Shown one piece after another: positions 42,000 through 56,600 of a DNA stretch of 64,000 nucleotides. Position 1 is the first letter of the stretch. Every line of letters starts with the position of its first letter. The notes under the pieces are model-generated. The model searched no databases, was not told where the DNA came from, and saw nothing but the letters and a program-made list of their open reading frames with translations. The stretch lies in NCBI RefSeq assembly GCF_009914755.1, contig NC_060948.1; one strand, given 5' to 3'. The DNA is from the human T2T-CHM13v2.0 reference genome, Homo sapiens. The position numbers were made by a program, and so were the translations under genes.

Positions 42000-44900
42000 G
42001 GACTCCTTTGGAATGGTGTAGTATGCAATGCAATCGACTGGCAGGGAATCAAAAGGAATGTAATCGAATGGATTGGACTGGAATGCAATGGACTCGAATA
42101 GATTGGAAACGGAATGCAAAGGAATGGAATGGAATAGTATGGAATGGAATGGAAAGGAATGGAGTGGAATAGACTAGAGTGGAATGGAATGGACTGGAAA
42201 GCAATGGACTGGAATGGAACTTTCTTGAATGGACTGGAATCAAACGGAATGGAATGCAATGCAATCAAATGGCATGGAATAAAATAGAATGAAAGAGAAT
42301 CAAATGGAATTGAATCGAATGGAATCGAATGGATTGGAAAGGAATAGAATGGAATGGAATGGAATTGACTCAAATGGAATGGACTAGAATGGAATGGATT
42401 CGAATGGAAGGCAAAGGAATGGAATCTATTGGAATGGACTGTAATGGAATGGAATGGAAGGGATTGGAATGGACTCGAATGGAATGGACTGCAATAGAAA
42501 GGATTCGAATGGAATGAAAAAGAATTGAATGGAATAGAACAGAATGGAATCAAATCGAATGAAATGGAATGGAATAGAAAGGAATGGAATGAAATGGAAT
42601 GGAAAGGATTCGAATGGAATGCAATCGAATGGAATGGAATCGAACGGAATGGAATAAAATGGAAGAAAACTGGCAAGAAATGGAATCGAAATGAATGGAG
42701 TGTTATGGAACGGACTCAAAAGGAATTGAATGTAATAGAATGGAGTGAAGTGGACTCGAATATAATGGACTGGAATGGAATGAAATCACATGGAATGGGA
42801 ACGAATGGAATGGAATGGAAAGGAATGGAATCGAATGGAAAGGAATCGAATGGAAGGGAATGAAATTGAATCAACAGGAATGGAAGGGAATAGAATAGAC
42901 GGTAATGGAATGGACTCGAATAGAATGGACACGAATGCTCAAATTGAATGGACTCGAATGGAATGGAAACGAAAGGAATGTCATCGAATGGAATTGAATC
43001 GATTGGAATGAAATCGCATAGAATGGAGTGGAATCAAATGGAATTGAATCGAAAGGAAAGGAAGCGAATGGACTGAAATGAAATGGAATGGAATTGAATG
43101 GAAAGTAATGCAATGGAATAGAATGGAACGAAATTTCACGGAATGGAATCAAACTGAATGGAATCAAATCAATGGAATCTAATCAAATGGAATGGAAAGG
43201 AATTGAATGGAGTAGATTGGATTGGATGGGATTGGAATGAAATGTACTGGAAAGGACTCGAATTTCATGAAACGGAATGGAATGAATTGGAACGGAATGG
43301 ACTCGAATGGAATGGAATGTCATGGAATGGCATCAAATGGAATGGCATCAAATGGAATGGAATCGAATGCAATGGAATGCTATGGAATGGAATGGAATGC
43401 ATTGGAATGGAATGTCCTCTAATGGAATGGATTCGAGTGGAATGGAATCGAATATAATGGAGTCGAATGAAATGTAATTGAAAGGAAAGGGATCGAATAC
43501 AATGGAATATACTGGAATGTAATGTAATGAACTCGAATGTAATTGACTGGAATGGAATGTACATGAATGGAATGTAATCGAATGGAAAGTAATCCAATGG
43601 AATAGAATCTAATGCAATAAAATCGACTCAGATAGAGTAGAATGTAATGGAATGGAGTGCAGTGCAATGGAATGGAATGGAATGGAATGCAATGGAATGG
43701 AATGGAATGGAATGGAATGGGATGGAATGGTTTGGAATGGATAGTAATGGACTGGTGTGAAATGGACTGGAAAGGAATGGACTCAAATTGAAAGGGCTCG
43801 AAAGGAATGGAGTCAAATGGAATGGTCTGGAATGGAATGAACACGAATGTAATGCAATCCAATAGAATGGAATCGAATGGCATGGAATATAAAGAAATGG
43901 AATCGAAGAGAATGGAAACAAATGGAATGGAATTGAATGGAATGGAATTGAATGGAATGGGAAGGAATGGAGTGAAATTGTATGCAGTAGAAGAGAATAG
44001 AATGGAATGCAAGTGAAAGGAAAGGAATGGATTGGAATGGAATGGAATTCATTGGAATGGAAGGGAATGTAGTGTAATGGACAGGCCTGGAATAAAGTGG
44101 AATGCTACGGTCTCGAATGGAATAAAAATGTATGGAATGGAATGCAATGAAACGGAATCGAATGTCATAGAATGTAATGGAATGCAAAAAAATGGAATCC
44201 AAAATCATTGACTGGAAAGGCTGGGTGTCGAAAGGAATTGACTCCAATGGAATGGAATCGAATGGAATGGAAGTGAATAGAATCGAACTAAATCGAATGG
44301 AATGGAATTGATAGGAACGGAATGGAAAGGAATGCAATGATTTGGCATGGAATGGAATCGAATGGCATCGAATGGAATGGAATGGAATGCAATGGAATGG
44401 AATGTATTAGAATGTAATGAACTTTAATGGAATGTACTCGAATGGATTCGACTGGAATGGAATGTTCTGGAAGTGAATGGACTCCAATGGAATGGATTCA
44501 AAAGGAATGGAATCGTACGGAATGGAATCTAATGGAATGGAATTAAATGGAAATGAATCAAATTGAATAGCACGGAATTGAATTGAATGGAATGGAATGC
44601 AATGGAATCTAATGAAACGGAAAGGAAAGGAATGGAATGGAATGGAATGGGCTGGAATGGAAAGGAATCGAAACGAATGGAATGGAATCGAACTGAAGAG
44701 ACTGGAATGGAATGCACTGGAATGGAAGGGAGTGTAATGGAAGGTTCTCGAAAAAAATGGAATCGAATGGAATGGAATTGAATGGAACGGAATAGAGTCG
44801 AATGGAATTGAATGGAATGGAATGGACTAGAGTGAAATGGAATCGAACCACAAGGAATGGACATGAATAGAATGGTCTCGAACTGAATGGAATCGTATGG

Positions 44901-47700
44901 AATGGCATCAAACGGAATGGAATGGACAGCCACGGAATGGAATGCACTCGAATGCAATGGAGTCGAAACTAATGGACTGGAATAGAATGGACTCGACTGG
45001 TACGGACTCCAATGGAATGGAATCGAATGGAAGGGAATCGAACGGAATGGACTCGAAGGGAAAAGACTGCAATGGAAAGGTCTCGAATGGAATGGAAATT
45101 AATGGAATGGAATGGAATCGAATGAAATGGAGTCAAAAGGAATGGAATCGAATGGCAAGAAATCGAATGTAATGGAATCACAAGGAATTGATGTGAACGG
45201 AAAGGAATGGAATGGAATCCAAAGGAATGGAATAGAATTTAATGGAATCGAATGGAAAGGACTCGAATGGAAATCACTCGAATAGAATGCAGTTTAATAA
45301 AATAGGATCAAATGTAATGGAATGGAATGGAAAGGAATCGAAACGAAAGGAATGGAGACAGATGGAATGGAATGGAACAGAGAGCAATGGTATAGAATGG
45401 AATGGAATCATCTGGAATGGAATTGAATGGAATGGAATAATATGAAATGGAATGGAATGGAATGGAATGGAATGCCCTTGAATTAAATGGACTGGAATGG
45501 AATGGACTCGAACAGAGTGGAATGGAAAGTGTTGAGATAGAATGGAATGGACTCCTTTGGAATGGTGTAGTATGCAATGCAATCGACTGGCAGGGAATCA
45601 AAAGGAATGTAATCGAATGGATTGGACTGGAATGCAATGGACTCGAATAGATTGGAAACGGAATGCAAAGGAATGGAATGGAATAGTATGGAATGGAATG
45701 GAAAGGAATGGAGTGGAATAGACTAGAGTGGAATGGAATGGACTGGAAAGCAATGGACTGGAATGGAACTTTCTTGAATGGACTGGAATCAAACGGAATG
45801 GAATGCAATGCAATCAAATGGCATGGAATAAAATAGAATGAAAGAGAATCAAATGGAATTGAATCGAATGGAATCGAATGGATTGGAAAGGAATAGAATG
45901 GAATGGAATGGAATTGACTCAAATGGAATGGACTAGAATGGAATGGATTCGAATGGAAGGCAAAGGAATGGAATCTATTGGAATGGACTGTAATGGAATG
46001 GAATGGAAGGGATTGGAATGGACTCGAATGGAATGGACTGCAATAGAAAGGATTCGAATGGAATGAAAAAGAATTGAATGGAATAGAACAGAATGGAATC
46101 AAATCGAATGAAATGGAATGGAATAGAAAGGAATGGAATGAAATGGAATGGAAAGGATTTGAATGGAATACAATCGAATGGAATGGAATCGAACGGAATG
46201 GAATAAAATGGAAGAAAACTGGCAAGAAATGGAATCGAAATGAATGGAGTGTTATGGAACGGACTCAAAAGGAATTGAATGTAATAGAATGGAGTGAAGT
46301 GGACTCGAATATAATGGACTGGAATGGAATGAAATCACATGGAATGGGAACGAATGGAATGGAATGGAAAGGAATGGAATCGAATGGAAAGGAATCGAAT
46401 GGAAGGGAATGAAATTGAATCAACAGGAATGGAAGGGAATAGAATAGACGGTAATGGAATGGACTCGAATAGAATGGACACGAATGCTCAAATTGAATGG
46501 ACTCGAATGGAATGGAAACGAAAGGAATGTCATCGAATGGAATTGAATCGATTGGAATGAAATCGCATAGAATGGAGTGGAATCAAATGGAATTGAATCG
46601 AAAGGAAAGGAAGCGAATGGACTGAAATGAAATGGAATGGAATTGAATGGAAAGTAATGCAATGGAATAGAATGGAACGAAATTTCACGGAATGGAATCA
46701 AACTGAATGGAATCAAATCAATGGAATCTAATCAAATGGAATGGAAAGGAATTGAATGGAGTAGATTGGATTGGATGGGATTGGAATGAAATGTACTGGA
46801 AAGGACTCGAATTTCATGAAACGGAATGGAATGAATTGGAACGGAATGGACTCGAATGGAATGGAATGTCATGGAATGGCATCAAATGGAATGGCATCAA
46901 ATGGAATGGAATCGAATGCAATGGAATGCTATGGAATGGAATGGAATGCATTGGAATGGAATGTCCTCTAATGGAATGGATTCGAGTGGAATGGAATCGA
47001 ATATAATGGAGTCGAATGAAATGTAATTGAAAGGAAAGGGATCGAATACAATGGAATATACTGGAATGTAATGTAATGAACTCGAATGTAATTGACTGGA
47101 ATGGAATGTACATGAATGGAATGTAATCGAATGGAAAGTAATCCAATGGAATAGAATCTAATGCAATAAAATCGACTCAGATAGAGTAGAATGTAATGGA
47201 ATGGAGTGCAGTGCAATGGAATGGAATGGAATGGAATGCAATGGAATGGAATGGAATGGAATGGAATGGGATGGAATGGTTTGGAATGGATAGTAATGGA
47301 CTGGTGTGAAATGGACTGGAAAGGAATGGACTCAAATTGAAAGGGCTCGAAAGGAATGGAGTCAAATGGAATGGTCTGGAATGGAATGAACACGAATGTA
47401 ATGCAATCCAATAGAATGGAATCGAATGGCATGGAATATAAAGAAATGGAATCGAAGAGAATGGAAACAAATGGAATGGAATTGAATGGAATGGAATTGA
47501 ATGGAATGGGAAGGAATGGAGTGAAATTGTATGCAGTAGAAGAGAATAGAATGGAATGCAAGTGAAAGGAAAGGAATGGATTGGAATGGAATGGAATTCA
47601 TTGGAATGGAAGGGAATGTAGTGTAATGGACAGGCCTGGAATAAAGTGGAATGCTACGGTCTCGAATGGAATAAAAATGTATGGAATGGAATGCAATGAA
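42000..47700 (+). repeat. Adjacent units sharing a private variant set (period 3,549 bp)
   Basis: ggagtgaagt, gaatctaatca, atgtaattgaaaggaaaggg, ggtttgg, actggtgtg, gggaagg and caagtgaa occur at 42.7-44.0 kb and again at 46.3-47.6 kb. Confidence 0.8.
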
Positions 47701-50699
47701 ACGGAATCGAATGGCATAGAATGTAATGGAATGCAAAAAAATGGAATCCAAAATCATTGACTGGAAAGGCTGGGTGTCGAAAGGAATTGACTCCAATGGA
47801 ATGGAATCGAATGGAATGGAAGTGAATAGAATCGAACTAAATCGAATGGAATGGAATTGATAGGAACGGAATGGAAAGGAATGCAATGATTTGGCATGGA
47901 ATGGAATCGAATGGCATCGAATGGAATGGAATGGAATGCAATGGAATGGAATGTATTAGAATGTAATGAACTTTAATGGAATGTACTCGAATGGATTCGA
48001 CTGGAATGGAATGTTCTGGAAGTGAATGGACTCCAATGGAATGGATTCAAAAGGAATGGAATCGTACGGAATGGAATCTAATGGAATGGAATTAAATGGA
48101 AATGAATCAAATTGAATAGCACGGAATTGAATTGAATGGAATGGAATGCAATGGAATCTAATGAAACGGAAAGGAAAGGAATGGAATGGAATGGAATGGG
48201 CTGGAATGGAAAGGAATCGAAACGAATGGAATGGAATCGAACTGAAGAGACTGGAATGGAATGCACTGGAATGGAAGGGAGTGTAATGGAAGGTTCTCGA
48301 AAAAAATGGAATGGAATGGAATGGAATTGAATGGAACGGAATAGAGTCGAATGGAATTGAATGGAATGGAATGGACTAGAGTGAAATGGAATCGAACCAC
48401 AAGGAATGGACAGGAATAGAATGGTCTCGAATTGAATGGAATCGTATGGAATGGCATCAAACGGAATGGAATGGACAGCCACGGAATGGAATGCACTCGA
48501 ATGCAATGGAGTCGAAACTAATGGACTGGAATAGAATGGACTCGACTGGTACGGACTCCAATGGAATGGAATCGAATGGAAGGGAATCGAACGCAATGGA
48601 CTCGAAGGGAAAAGACTGCAATGGAAAGGTCTCAAATGGAATGGAAATTAATGGAATGGAATGGAATCGAATGAAATGGAGTCAAAAGGAATGGAATCGA
48701 ATGGCAAGAAATCGAATGTAATGGAATCGCAAGGAATTGATGTGAACGGAACGGAATGGAATGGAATCCAAAGGAATGGAATAGAATGGAATGGAATCGA
48801 ATGGAAAGGACTCGAATGGAAATCACTGGAATAGAATGCAATTTAATAAAATAGGATCAAATGTAATGGAATGGAATGGAAAGGAATCGAAACGAAAGGA
48901 ATGGAGACAGATGGAATGGAATAGAACAGAGAGCAATGGTATAGAATGGAATGGAATCATCTGGAATGGAATTGAATGGAATGGAATAATATGAAATGGA
49001 ATGGAATGGAATGGAATGGAATGCCCTTGAATTAAATGGACTGGAATGGAATGGACTCGAACAGAGTGGAATGGAAAGTGTTGAGATAGAATGGAATGGA
49101 CTCCTTTGGAATGGTGTAGTATGCAATGCAATCGACTGGCAGGGAATCAAAAGGAATGTAATCGAATGGATTGGACTGGAATGCAATGGACTCGAATAGA
49201 TTGCAAACGGAATGCAAAGGAATGGAATGGAATAGTATGGAATGGAATGGAAAGGAATGGAGTGGAATAGACTAGAGTGGAATGGAATGGACTGGAAAGC
49301 AATGGACTGGAATGGAACTTTCTTGAATGGACTGGAATCAAACGGAATGGAATGCAATGCAATCAAATGGCATGGAATAAAATAGAATGAAAGAGAATCA
49401 AATGGAATTGAATCGAATGGAATCGAATGGATTGGAAAGGAATAGAATGGAATGGAATGGAATGGACTAGAATGGAATGGATTCGAATGGAAGGCAAAGG
49501 AATGGAATCTATTGGAATGGACTGTAATGGAATGGAATGGAAGGGATTGGAATGGACTCGAATGGAATGGACTGCAATAGAAAGGATTCGAATGGAATGA
49601 AAAAGAGTTGAATGGAATAGAACAGAATGGAATCAAATCGAATGAAATGGAATGGAATAGAAAGGAATGGAATGAAATGGAATGGAAAGGATTCGAATGG
49701 AATGCAATCGAATGGAATGGAATCGAACGGAATGGAATAAAATGGAAGAAAACTGGCAAGAAATGGAATCGAAATGAATGGAGTGTTATGGAACGGACTC
49801 AAAAGGAATTGAATGTAATAGAATGGAGTGGAGTGGACTCGAATATAATGGACTGGAATGGAATGAAATCACATGGAATGGGAACGAATGGAATGGAATG
49901 GAAAGGAATGGAATCGAATGGAAAGGAATCGAATGGAAGGGAATGAAATTGAATCAACAGGAATGGAAGGGAATAGAATAGACGGTAATGGAATGGACTC
50001 GAATAGAATGGACACGAATGCTCAAATTGAATGGACTCGAATGGAATGGAAACGAAAGGAATGTCATCGAATGGAATTGAATCGATTGGAATGAAATCGC
50101 ATAGAATGGAGTGGAATCAAATGGAATTGAATCGAAAGGAAAGGAAGCGAATGGACTGAAATGAAATGGAATGGAATTGAATGGAAAGTAATGCAATGGA
50201 ATAGAATGGAACGAAATTTCACGGAATGGAATCAAACTGAATGGAATCAAATCAATGGAATCCAATCAAATGGAATGGAGTAGATTGGATTGGATGGGAT
50301 TGAAATGAAATGTACTGGAAAGGACTCGAATTTCATGAAACGGAATGGAATGAATTGGAACGGAATGGACTCGAATGGAATGGAATGTCATAGAATGGCA
50401 TCAAATGGAATGGCATCAAATGGAATGGAATCGAATGCAATGGAATGCTATGGAATGGAATGGAATGCATTGGAATGGAATGTCCTCTAATGGAATGGAT
50501 TCGAGTGGAATGGAATCGAATATAATGGAGTCAAATGAAATGGAATTGAAAGGAATGGGATCGAATACAATGGAATATACTGGAATGTAATGTAATGAAC
50601 TCGAATGTAATTGACTGGAATGGAATGTACATGAATGGAATGTAATCGAATGGAAAGTAATCCAATGGAATAGAATCTAATGCAATAAAATCGACTCAG

Positions 50700-53600
50700 A
50701 TAGAGTAGAATGTAATGGAATGGAGTGCAGTGCAATGGAATGCAATGGAATGGAATGCAATGGAATGGAATGGAATGGAATGGAATGGAATGGAATGGAA
50801 TGGTGTGGAATGGATAGTAATGGACTGGAGTGAAATGGACTGGAAAGGAATGGACTCAAATTGAAAGGGCTCGAAAGGAATGGAGTCAAATGGAATGGTC
50901 TGGAATGGAATGAACACGAATGTAATGCAATCCAATAGAATGGAATCGAATGGCATGGAATATAAAGAAATGGAATCGAAGAGAATGGAAACAAATGGAA
51001 TGGAATTGAGTGGAATGGAATTGAATGGAATGGGAACGAATGGAGTGAAATTGTATGCAGTAGAAGAGAATAGAATGGAATGCAAGCGAAAGGAAAGGAA
51101 TGGATTGGAATGGAATGGAATTCATTGGAATGGAAGGGAATGTAGTGTAATGGACAGGCCTGGAATAAAGTGGAATGCTACGGTCTCGAATGGAATAAAA
51201 ATGTATGGAATGGAATGCAATGAAACGGAATCGAATGGCATAGAATGTAATGGAATGCAAAAAAATGGAATCCAAAATCATTGACTGGAAAGGCTGGGTG
51301 TCGAAAGGAATTGACTCCAATGGAATGGAAACGAATGGAATGGAAGTGAATAGAATCGAACTAAATCGAATGGAATGGAATTGATAGGAACGGAATGGAA
51401 AGGAATGCAATGATTTGGCATGGAATGGAATCGAATGGCATCGAATGGAATGGAATGGAATGCAATGGAATGGAATGTATTAGAATGTAATGAACTTTAA
51501 TGGAATGTACTCAAATGGATTCGACTGGAATGGAATGTTCTGGAAGTGAATGGACTCCAATGGAATGGATTCAAAAGGAATGGAATCATACGGAATGGAA
51601 TCTAATGGAATGGAATTAAATGGAAATGAATCAAATTGAATAGCACGGAATTGAATTGAATGGAATGGAATGCAATGGAATCTAATGAAACGGAAAGGAA
51701 AGGAATGGAATGGAATGGAATGGGCTGGAATGGAAAGGAATCGAAACGAATGGAATGGAATCGAACTGAAGAGACTGGAATGGAATGCACTGGAATGGAA
51801 GGGAGTGTAATGGAAGGTTCTCGGAAAAAATGGAATGGAATGGAATGGAATTGAATGGAACGGAATAGAGTCGAATGGAATTGAATGGAATGGAATGGAC
51901 TAGAGTGAAATGGAATCGAACCACAAGGAATGGACAGGAATAGAATGGTCTCGAATTGAATGGAATCGTATGGAATGGCATCAAACGGAATGGAATGGAC
52001 AGCCACGGAATGGAATGCACTCGAATGCAATGGAGTCGAAACTAATGGACTGGAATAGAATGGACTCGACTGGTACGGACTCCAATGGAATGGAATCGAA
52101 TGGAAGGGAATCGAACGGAATGGACTCGAAGGGAAAAGACTGCAATGGAAAGGTCTCGAATGGAATGGAAATTAATGGAATGGAATGGAATCGAATGAAA
52201 TGGAGTCAAAAGGAATGGAATCGAATGGCAAGAAATCGAATGTAATGGAATCGCAAGGAATTGATGTGAACGGAACGGAATGGAATGGAATCCAAAGGAA
52301 TGGAATAGAATGGAATGGAATCGAATGGAAAGGACTCGAATGGAAATCACTCGAATAGAATGCAATTTAATAAAATAGGATCAAATGTAATGGAATGGAA
52401 TGGAAAGGAATCGAAACGAAAGGAATGGAGACAGATGGAATGGAATAGAACAGAGAGCAATGGTATAGAATGGAATGGAATCATCTGGAATGGAATTGAA
52501 TGGAATGGAATAATATGAAATGGAATGGAATGGAATGGAATGGAATGCCCTTGAATTAAATGGACTGGAATGGAATGGACTCGAACAGAGTGGAATGGAA
52601 AGTGTTGAGATAGAATGGAATGGACTCCTTTGGAATGGTGTAGTATGCAATGCAATCGACTGGCAGGGAATCAAAAGGAATGTAATCGAATGGATTGGAC
52701 TGGAATGCAATGGACTCGAATAGATTGCAAACGGAATGCAAAGGAATGGAATGGAATAGTATGGAATGGAATGGAAAGGAATGGAGTGGAATAGACTAGA
52801 GTGGAATGGAATGGACTGGAAAGCAATGGACTGGAATGGAACTTTCTTGAATGGACTGGAATCAAACGGAATGGAATGCAATGCAATCAAATGGCATGGA
52901 ATAAAATAGAATGAAAGAGAATCAAATGGAATTGAATCGAATGGAATCGAATGGATTGGAAAGGAATAGAATGGAATGGAATGGAATGGACTAGAATGGA
53001 ATGGATTCGAATGGAAGGCAAAGGAATGGAATCTATTGGAATGGACTGTAATGGAATGGAATGGAAGGGATTGGAATGGACTCGAATGGAATGGACTGCA
53101 ATAGAAAGGATTCGAATGGAATGAAAAAGAGTTGAATGGAATAGAACAGAATGGAATCAAATCGAATGAAATGGAATGGAATAGAAAGGAATGGAATGAA
53201 ATGGAATGGAAAGGATTCGAATGGAATGCAATCGAATGGAATGGAATCGAACGGAATGGAATAAAATGGAAGAAAACTGGCAAGAAATGGAATCGAAATG
53301 AATGGAGTGTTATGGAACGGACTCAAAAGGAATTGAATGTAATAGAATGGAGTGGAGTGGACTCGAATATAATGGACTGGAATGGAATGAAATCACATGG
53401 AATGGGAACGAATGGAATGGAATGGAAAGGAATGGAATGGAATGGAAAGGCATCGAATGGAAGGGAATGAAATTGAATCAACAGGAATGGAAGGGAATAG
53501 AATAGACGGTAATGGAATGGACTCAAATAGAATGGACACGAATGCTCAAATTGAATGGACTCGAATGGAATGGAAACGAAAGGAATGTCATCGAATGGAA

Positions 53601-56600
53601 TTGAATCGATTGGAATGAAATCGCATAGAATGGAGTGGAATCAAATGGAATTGAATCGAAAGGAAAGGAAGCGAATGGACTGAAATGAAATGGAATGGAA
53701 TTGAATGGAAAGTAATGCAATGGAATAGAATGGAACGAAATTTCACGGAATGGAATCAAACTGAATGGAATCAAATCAATGGAATCCAATCAAATGGAAT
53801 GGAGTAGATTGGATTGGATGGGATTGGAATGAAATGTACTGGAAAGGACTCGAATTTCATGAAACGGAATGGAATGAATTGGAACGGAATGGACTCGAAT
53901 GGAATGGAATGTCATAGAATGGCATCAAATGGAATGGCATCAAATGGAATGGAATCGAATGCAATGGAATGCTATGGAATGGAATGGAATGCATTGGAAT
54001 GGAATGTCCTCTAATGGAATGGATTCGAGTGGAATGGAATCGAATATAATGGAGTCGAATGAAATGGAATTGAAAGGAATGGGATCGAATACAATGGAAT
54101 ATACTGGAATGTAATGTAATGAACTCGAATGTAATTGACTGGAATGGAATGTACATGAATAGAATGTAATCGAATGGAAAGTAATCCAATGGAATAGAAT
54201 CTAATGCAATAAAATCGACTCAGATAGAGTAGAATGTAATGGAATGGAGTGCAGTGCAATGGAATGGAATGGAATGGAATGCAATGGAATGGAATGGAAT
54301 GGAATGGAATGCAGTGGAATGGAATGGAATGGAATGGGATGGAATGGTATGGAATGGATAGTAATGGACTGGAGTGAAATGGACTGGAAAGGAATGGACT
54401 CAAATTGAAAGGGCTCGAAAGGAATGGAGTCAAATGGAATGGTCTGGAATGGAATGAACACGAAAGTAATGCAATCCAATAGAATGGAATCGAATGGCAT
54501 GGAATATAAAGAAATGGAATCGAAGAGAATGGAAACAAATGGAATGGAATTGAATGGAATGGAATTGAATGGAATGGGAACGAATGGAGTGAAATTGTAT
54601 GCAGTAGAAGGGAATAGAATGGAATGCAAGCGAAAGGAAAGGAATGGATTGGAATGGAATGGAATTCATTGGAATGGAAGGGAATGTAGTGTAATGGACA
54701 GGCCTGGAATAAAGTGGAATGCTACGGTCTCGAATGGAATAAAAATGTATGGAATGGAATGCAATGAAACGGAATCGAATGTCATAGAATGTAATGGAAT
54801 GCAAAAAAATGGAATCCAAAATCATTGACTGGAAAGGCTGGGTGTCGAAAGGAATTGACTCCAATGGAATGGAATCGAATGGAATGGAAGTGAATAGAAT
54901 CGAACTAAATCGAATGGAATGGAATTGATAGGAACGGAATGGAAAGGAATGCAATGATTTGGCACGGAATGGAATCGAATGGCATCGAATGGAATGGAAT
55001 GGAATGCAATTGAATGGAACGTATTAGAATGTAATGAACTTTAATGGAATGTACTCGAATGGATTCGACTGGAATGGAATGTTCTGGAAGTGAATGGACT
55101 CCAATGGAATGGATTCAAAAGGAATGGAATCGTACGGAATGGAATCTAATGGAATGGAATTAAATGGAAATGAATCAAATTGAATAGCATGGAATTGAGT
55201 TGAATGGAATGGAATGCAATGGAATCTAATGAAACGGAAAGGAAAGGAATGGAATGGAATGGAATGGGCTGGAATGGAAAGGAATCGAAACGAATGGAAT
55301 GGAATCGAACTGAAGAGACTGGAATGGAATGCACTGGAATGGAAGGGAGTGTAATGGAAAGTTCTCGAAAAAAAATGGAATGGAATGGAATGGAATTGAA
55401 TGGAACGGAATAGAGTCGAATGGAATTGAATGGAATGGAATGGACTAGAGTGAAATGGAATCGAACCACAAGGAATGGACAGGAATAGAATGGTCTCGAA
55501 TTGAATGGAATCGTATGGAATGGCATCAAACGGAATGGAATGGACAGCCACGGAATGGAATGCACTCGAATGCAATGGAGTCGAAACTAATGGACTGGAA
55601 TAGAATGGACTCGACTGGTACGGACTCCAATGGAATGGAATCGAATGGAAGGGAATCGAACGGAATGGACTCGAAGGGAAAAGACTGCAATGGAAAGGTC
55701 TCGAATGGAATGGAAATTAATGGAATGGAATGGAATCCAATGAAATGGAGTCAAAAGGAATGGAATCGAATGGCAAGAAATCGAATGTAATGGAATCGCA
55801 AGGAATTGATGTGAACGGAACGGAATGGAATGGAATCCAAAGGAATGGAATAGAATGGAATGGAATCGAATGGAAAGGACTCGAATGGAAATCACTCGAA
55901 TAGAATGCAATTTAATAAAATAGGATCAAATGTAATGGAATGGAATGGAAAGGAATCGAAACGAAAGGAATGGAGACAGATGGAATGGAATGGAACAGAG
56001 AGCAATGGTATAGAATGGAATGGAATCATCTGGAATGGAATTGAATGGAATGGAATAATATGAAATGGAATGGAATGGAATGGAATGGAATGGAATGCCC
56101 TTGAATTAAATGGACTGGAATGGAATGGACTCGAACAGAGTGGAATGGAAAGTGTTGAGATAGAATGGAATGGACTCGTTTGGAATGGTCTAGTATGCAA
56201 TGCAATCGACTGGCAGGGAATCAAAAGGAATGTAATGGAATGGATTGGACTGGAATGCAATGGACTCGAATAGATTGGAAACGGAATGCAAAGGAATGGA
56301 ATGGAATAGTATGGAATGGAATGGAAAGGAATGGAGTGGAATAGACTAGAGTGGAATGGAATGGACTGGAAAGCAACAGACTGGAATGGAACTTTCTTGA
56401 ATGGACTGGAATCAAACGGAATGGAATGCAATGCAATCAAATGGCATGGAATAAAATAGAATGAAAGAGAATCAAATGGAATTGAATCGAATGGAATCGA
56501 ATGGATTGGAAAGGAATAGAATGGAATGGAATGGAATTGACTCAAATGGAATGGACTAGAATGGAATGGATTCGAATGGAAGGCAAAGGAATGGAATCTA

